Made by a program: the position numbers and the translations under genes. From an uncultured Gemmatimonadales bacterium (GTDB lineage Bacteria > Gemmatimonadota > Gemmatimonadetes > Gemmatimonadales > GWC2-71-9), in NCBI GenBank assembly GCA_963730185.1, contig CAVSQW010000012.1, positions 64,001 through 128,000 of the forward strand: a DNA stretch of 64,000 nucleotides. Direction: 5' to 3'. This document shows, piece after piece, positions 61,736 through 64,000 of the stretch. Every line of letters begins with the position of its first letter. Position 1 is the stretch's first letter. The notes beneath the pieces were generated by a model. The model ran no database searches. It was not told where the DNA came from and saw nothing but the letters and a program-made list of their open reading frames with translations.

Positions 61736-63907
61736 CTACGGCGCGACGACCTGGAAATGGGTGAGATGACCGGCGGGGCCACTCGCCTCGACGGAGACGA
61801 GGCCGGACGCCCCCGGCGTGAACCGGACCCGGGCCTGACCCTGGGCGTTGGTGGTGCTGGATGGCACGTCGAACGAGCCGCTGGGCGCGCTCCAGAACAC
61901 AGTGACGCCCGGGATCGGGTTCCCGAAGCCATCCACCACGAGGACGACGAGATCGGCGCCGAGCGGTGTTCCGACCGCGCCGCTCTGCCCGTCACCGGCG
62001 AAGGGATCGAGGTTGCTCACGCCGGCGGGCACGATGTCCCAGATGCCGACCGCCGCGACCCCGCTCACCGGCTCACTGACCCGTCCCACCTGGCGGCCGG
62101 CAACCGGCCCCGCCGTGTAGGTCTCGACCGACTGGCCGCTGCCGTTGGTCACGGCCGGCAGTGGGGCGAACAACCCGCCGCCCGTCGCGACCGACCAGGT
62201 CAGCGGGACGCCCGTCAACGGCCCGAAGTCGGAGTCGCTCAGGTCGGCAACCACCGATGACGGGAGCGGCTGCCCCACCACCCCGCTCTGGCTCGCGCCC
62301 GCGACCATCGCGATCCGCGTGTTCGGCGTCCCCTGCGAGATCGAGAAATCGGCGAAGGCGGTCGGCGTTCCCGAGACCACCACCCGGGCTACGCTGCTCC
62401 CGCCATTGACGTCCGGCTGGAAGGTCGCGCCGACCAGTCCTCCGGCACCCGAGGTCGAGCTGGCGCTCAGAAAGGCCCCGAACCCCGAGGGCAGTTGCCA
62501 CACGACGGGAACACCGGAGACCGGATTGCCGAACCCGTCGCGGACCTGGGCCAGGAGGCCGACCGTCGGCGCGCCCTCGGTGTCGCCGGAGCCGGCCAAC
62601 GGCACGACCGCGCCCGCCGGCCCCGGCCGGACCAGCGCGGCGAAGCGATACGCGAGAGTGGTGCCGGCCGCGGCCGCGGCCGCCAGGTTCGCGACGGGCA
62701 GCGAACCCGCCGTGAGCCGGGCCCGGGCAACCCCCTGCCCATCGGTGAGACCGGTCGAGGGCGTCACGCTGCCGCCACCCGCCACCGCCGACCATTGGAT
62801 CGTGACGCCCGGCACCGGATTGTCGAACTGGTCGAACGCCTGGACCGCGAAGAGCGTCCCCAAGGGCGTCCCGACCGTACCGGTCTGACCGGCCCCGGCC
62901 GCCGGACTCAGCCGGCTCACCAGCCCCGGGTCGGCGGTGAGATGGAACGTGGCCGTGTCAGCGAGCCCGGCGACCGTCGCGGTCACCGAAGCGGGGCCGG
63001 GCCGGATGCCCAGCGTGACCGGGAGTGAGGCGGTCCCGTCGACCTGGGTGGTGACCACCACGTCGGAGGGGGTGATGCCGGCGCCCGCCTGGAACCGGAC
63101 CGCCGCCCCGGGCACGCCACCACCATCGAGCGCCGCGACCCGGACCACGAGCGGCAGGGGAAGCGCGGCGCCCACGAAACCGTGCTGATTGTCGCCGCCC
63201 GTGATCGCGAAGGAGGTGGCCGGCGGCGCCACGAGGATGGTGGTGGTCGCGGACACGCCGGTCGGCGTCCGCGCCTCAATGGTCACCAGGGCGCGGTCGG
63301 ACGGGAGTGCGATCTGGCCGTCGAGGCCGACCGTGACCCGGGGATCGGACGAGCTCCAGCTGAGGTAGAAGGCCGGCACGGGGCTCCCCGAGGCATCGAA
63401 TCCCGCGGCGCTGAGCGTGAGGGTCGACCCCGGCGCGACGGTCGGGTCCTTCGGAGTGATCACCAGCGAGGCCACGTTCGCGCCGGGCCCGACGTACTGC
63501 AGCGGGATGGTCGGTCTGGCGGGCGAGCCGCCTCGCTCGGCGCTGACCTCCACGGGCGCGCTGCCGGCAAAGAGCAGCGTCGGACCGCCGAGCAGGGCGA
63601 GACTCACCTGGAGCCGCTCGACCCGGGACTCGAGCGGGACCCGGAGGGAGAGAGAGATCGAGGCGGCCGAGGCCGGAAACGCCACCGTCGTGTCGAGCAC
63701 CACCACGGTCCCGCGCTGCACCCGCACTCGGGCGGCGTCGACCACCAGGCCGGCGAACGTTCCCGCCGCGGCCGCCGGGTACTCGGGCACGACGGCAAGT
63801 TGGCCGACGAACGGCCCTTCGGTCGGAGCTCCGTCACCGGCGCACGCCAACGCACCCGCCAGCAGCGCCAGCGCCGGAACCGCGCGGGAACGGACCCGGA
63901 CCCTCAC
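61736..63907 (-). CDS. Surface lipoprotein with multiple bacterial Ig-like (Big_1/Big_2) repeats
   Basis: Lipobox ALAC; repeats GDNQHGFVG, GAGQTGTVG..DQFDNPVPGV, GASQSGVVG, GDGQSGAVG..DGFGNPIPGV. Confidence 0.85.
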   Translation of the reverse strand: MRVRVRSRAVPALALLAGALACAGDGAPTEGPFVGQLAVVPEYPAAAAGTFAGLVVDAARVRVQRGTVVVLDTTVAFPASAASISLSLRVPLESRVERLQVSLALLGGPTLLFAGSAPVEVSAERGGSPARPTIPLQYVGPGANVASLVITPKDPTVAPGSTLTLSAAGFDASGSPVPAFYLSWSSSDPRVTVGLDGQIALPSDRALVTIEARTPTGVSATTTILVAPPATSFAITGGDNQHGFVGAALPLPLVVRVAALDGGGVPGAAVRFQAGAGITPSDVVVTTQVDGTASLPVTLGIRPGPASVTATVAGLADTATFHLTADPGLVSRLSPAAGAGQTGTVGTPLGTLFAVQAFDQFDNPVPGVTIQWSAVAGGGSVTPSTGLTDGQGVARARLTAGSLPVANLAAAAAAGTTLAYRFAALVRPGPAGAVVPLAGSGDTEGAPTVGLLAQVRDGFGNPVSGVPVVWQLPSGFGAFLSASSTSGAGGLVGATFQPDVNGGSSVARVVVSGTPTAFADFSISQGTPNTRIAMVAGASQSGVVGQPLPSSVVADLSDSDFGPLTGVPLTWSVATGGGLFAPLPAVTNGSGQSVETYTAGPVAGRQVGRVSEPVSGVAAVGIWDIVPAGVSNLDPFAGDGQSGAVGTPLGADLVVLVVDGFGNPIPGVTVFWSAPSGSFDVPSSTTNAQGQARVRFTPGASGLVSVEASGPAGHLTHFQVVAP

Positions 63908-64000
63908 GGGGTGTCTCCGTACTTCCGGAGGTGCGCCCGCCGGGCCGCCGCCATCCAATCGTCACGCCGAATCCGGTGCCCCACCGCCCCGAGCGCCCGG

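Overview
This is a very GC-rich bacterial chromosomal segment. Its gene content (ADOP-type permeases, a kinase-TPR protein, Big_1 lipoproteins, barrel-less TonB-plug proteins, a CsgG-like/TPR lipoprotein, futalosine MqnD) suggests Gemmatimonadota; this is an inference, not a database result. It is mostly core and envelope genes. Metabolic and core genes: rsgA, proline dehydrogenase, fadIJ, glpD, a fused E2-E1 2-oxoglutarate dehydrogenase (Kgd/OdhA type), cydAB, tkt-tal, mqnD, lemA-htpX-acyltransferase, cspA, lepB and tRNA-Cys. Transport and signalling genes: a sigma54 two-component system joined to a MacAB/ADOP ABC exporter operon, a NarL-type two-component system, two DAACS symporters, HD-GYP signalling and several lipoproteins. 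I found no integrase, transposase, phage gene or CRISPR array. Many single-base frameshifts between about 21.9 and 42.7 kb (worst in cydAB) look like long-read consensus errors. The most interesting unexplained signal is the gap at 55.0-55.78 kb, which has no convincing gene. On the minus strand it holds a sigma54 -24/-12 match, upstream palindromes, about 400 nt of dense hairpins closed by a long-range stem, and a strong intrinsic terminator. It sits beside a REC-like/Fis-HTH protein lacking the AAA+ domain, and is a candidate undescribed sigma54-dependent large structured ncRNA module. All calls come from reading motifs by eye; no searches were run.
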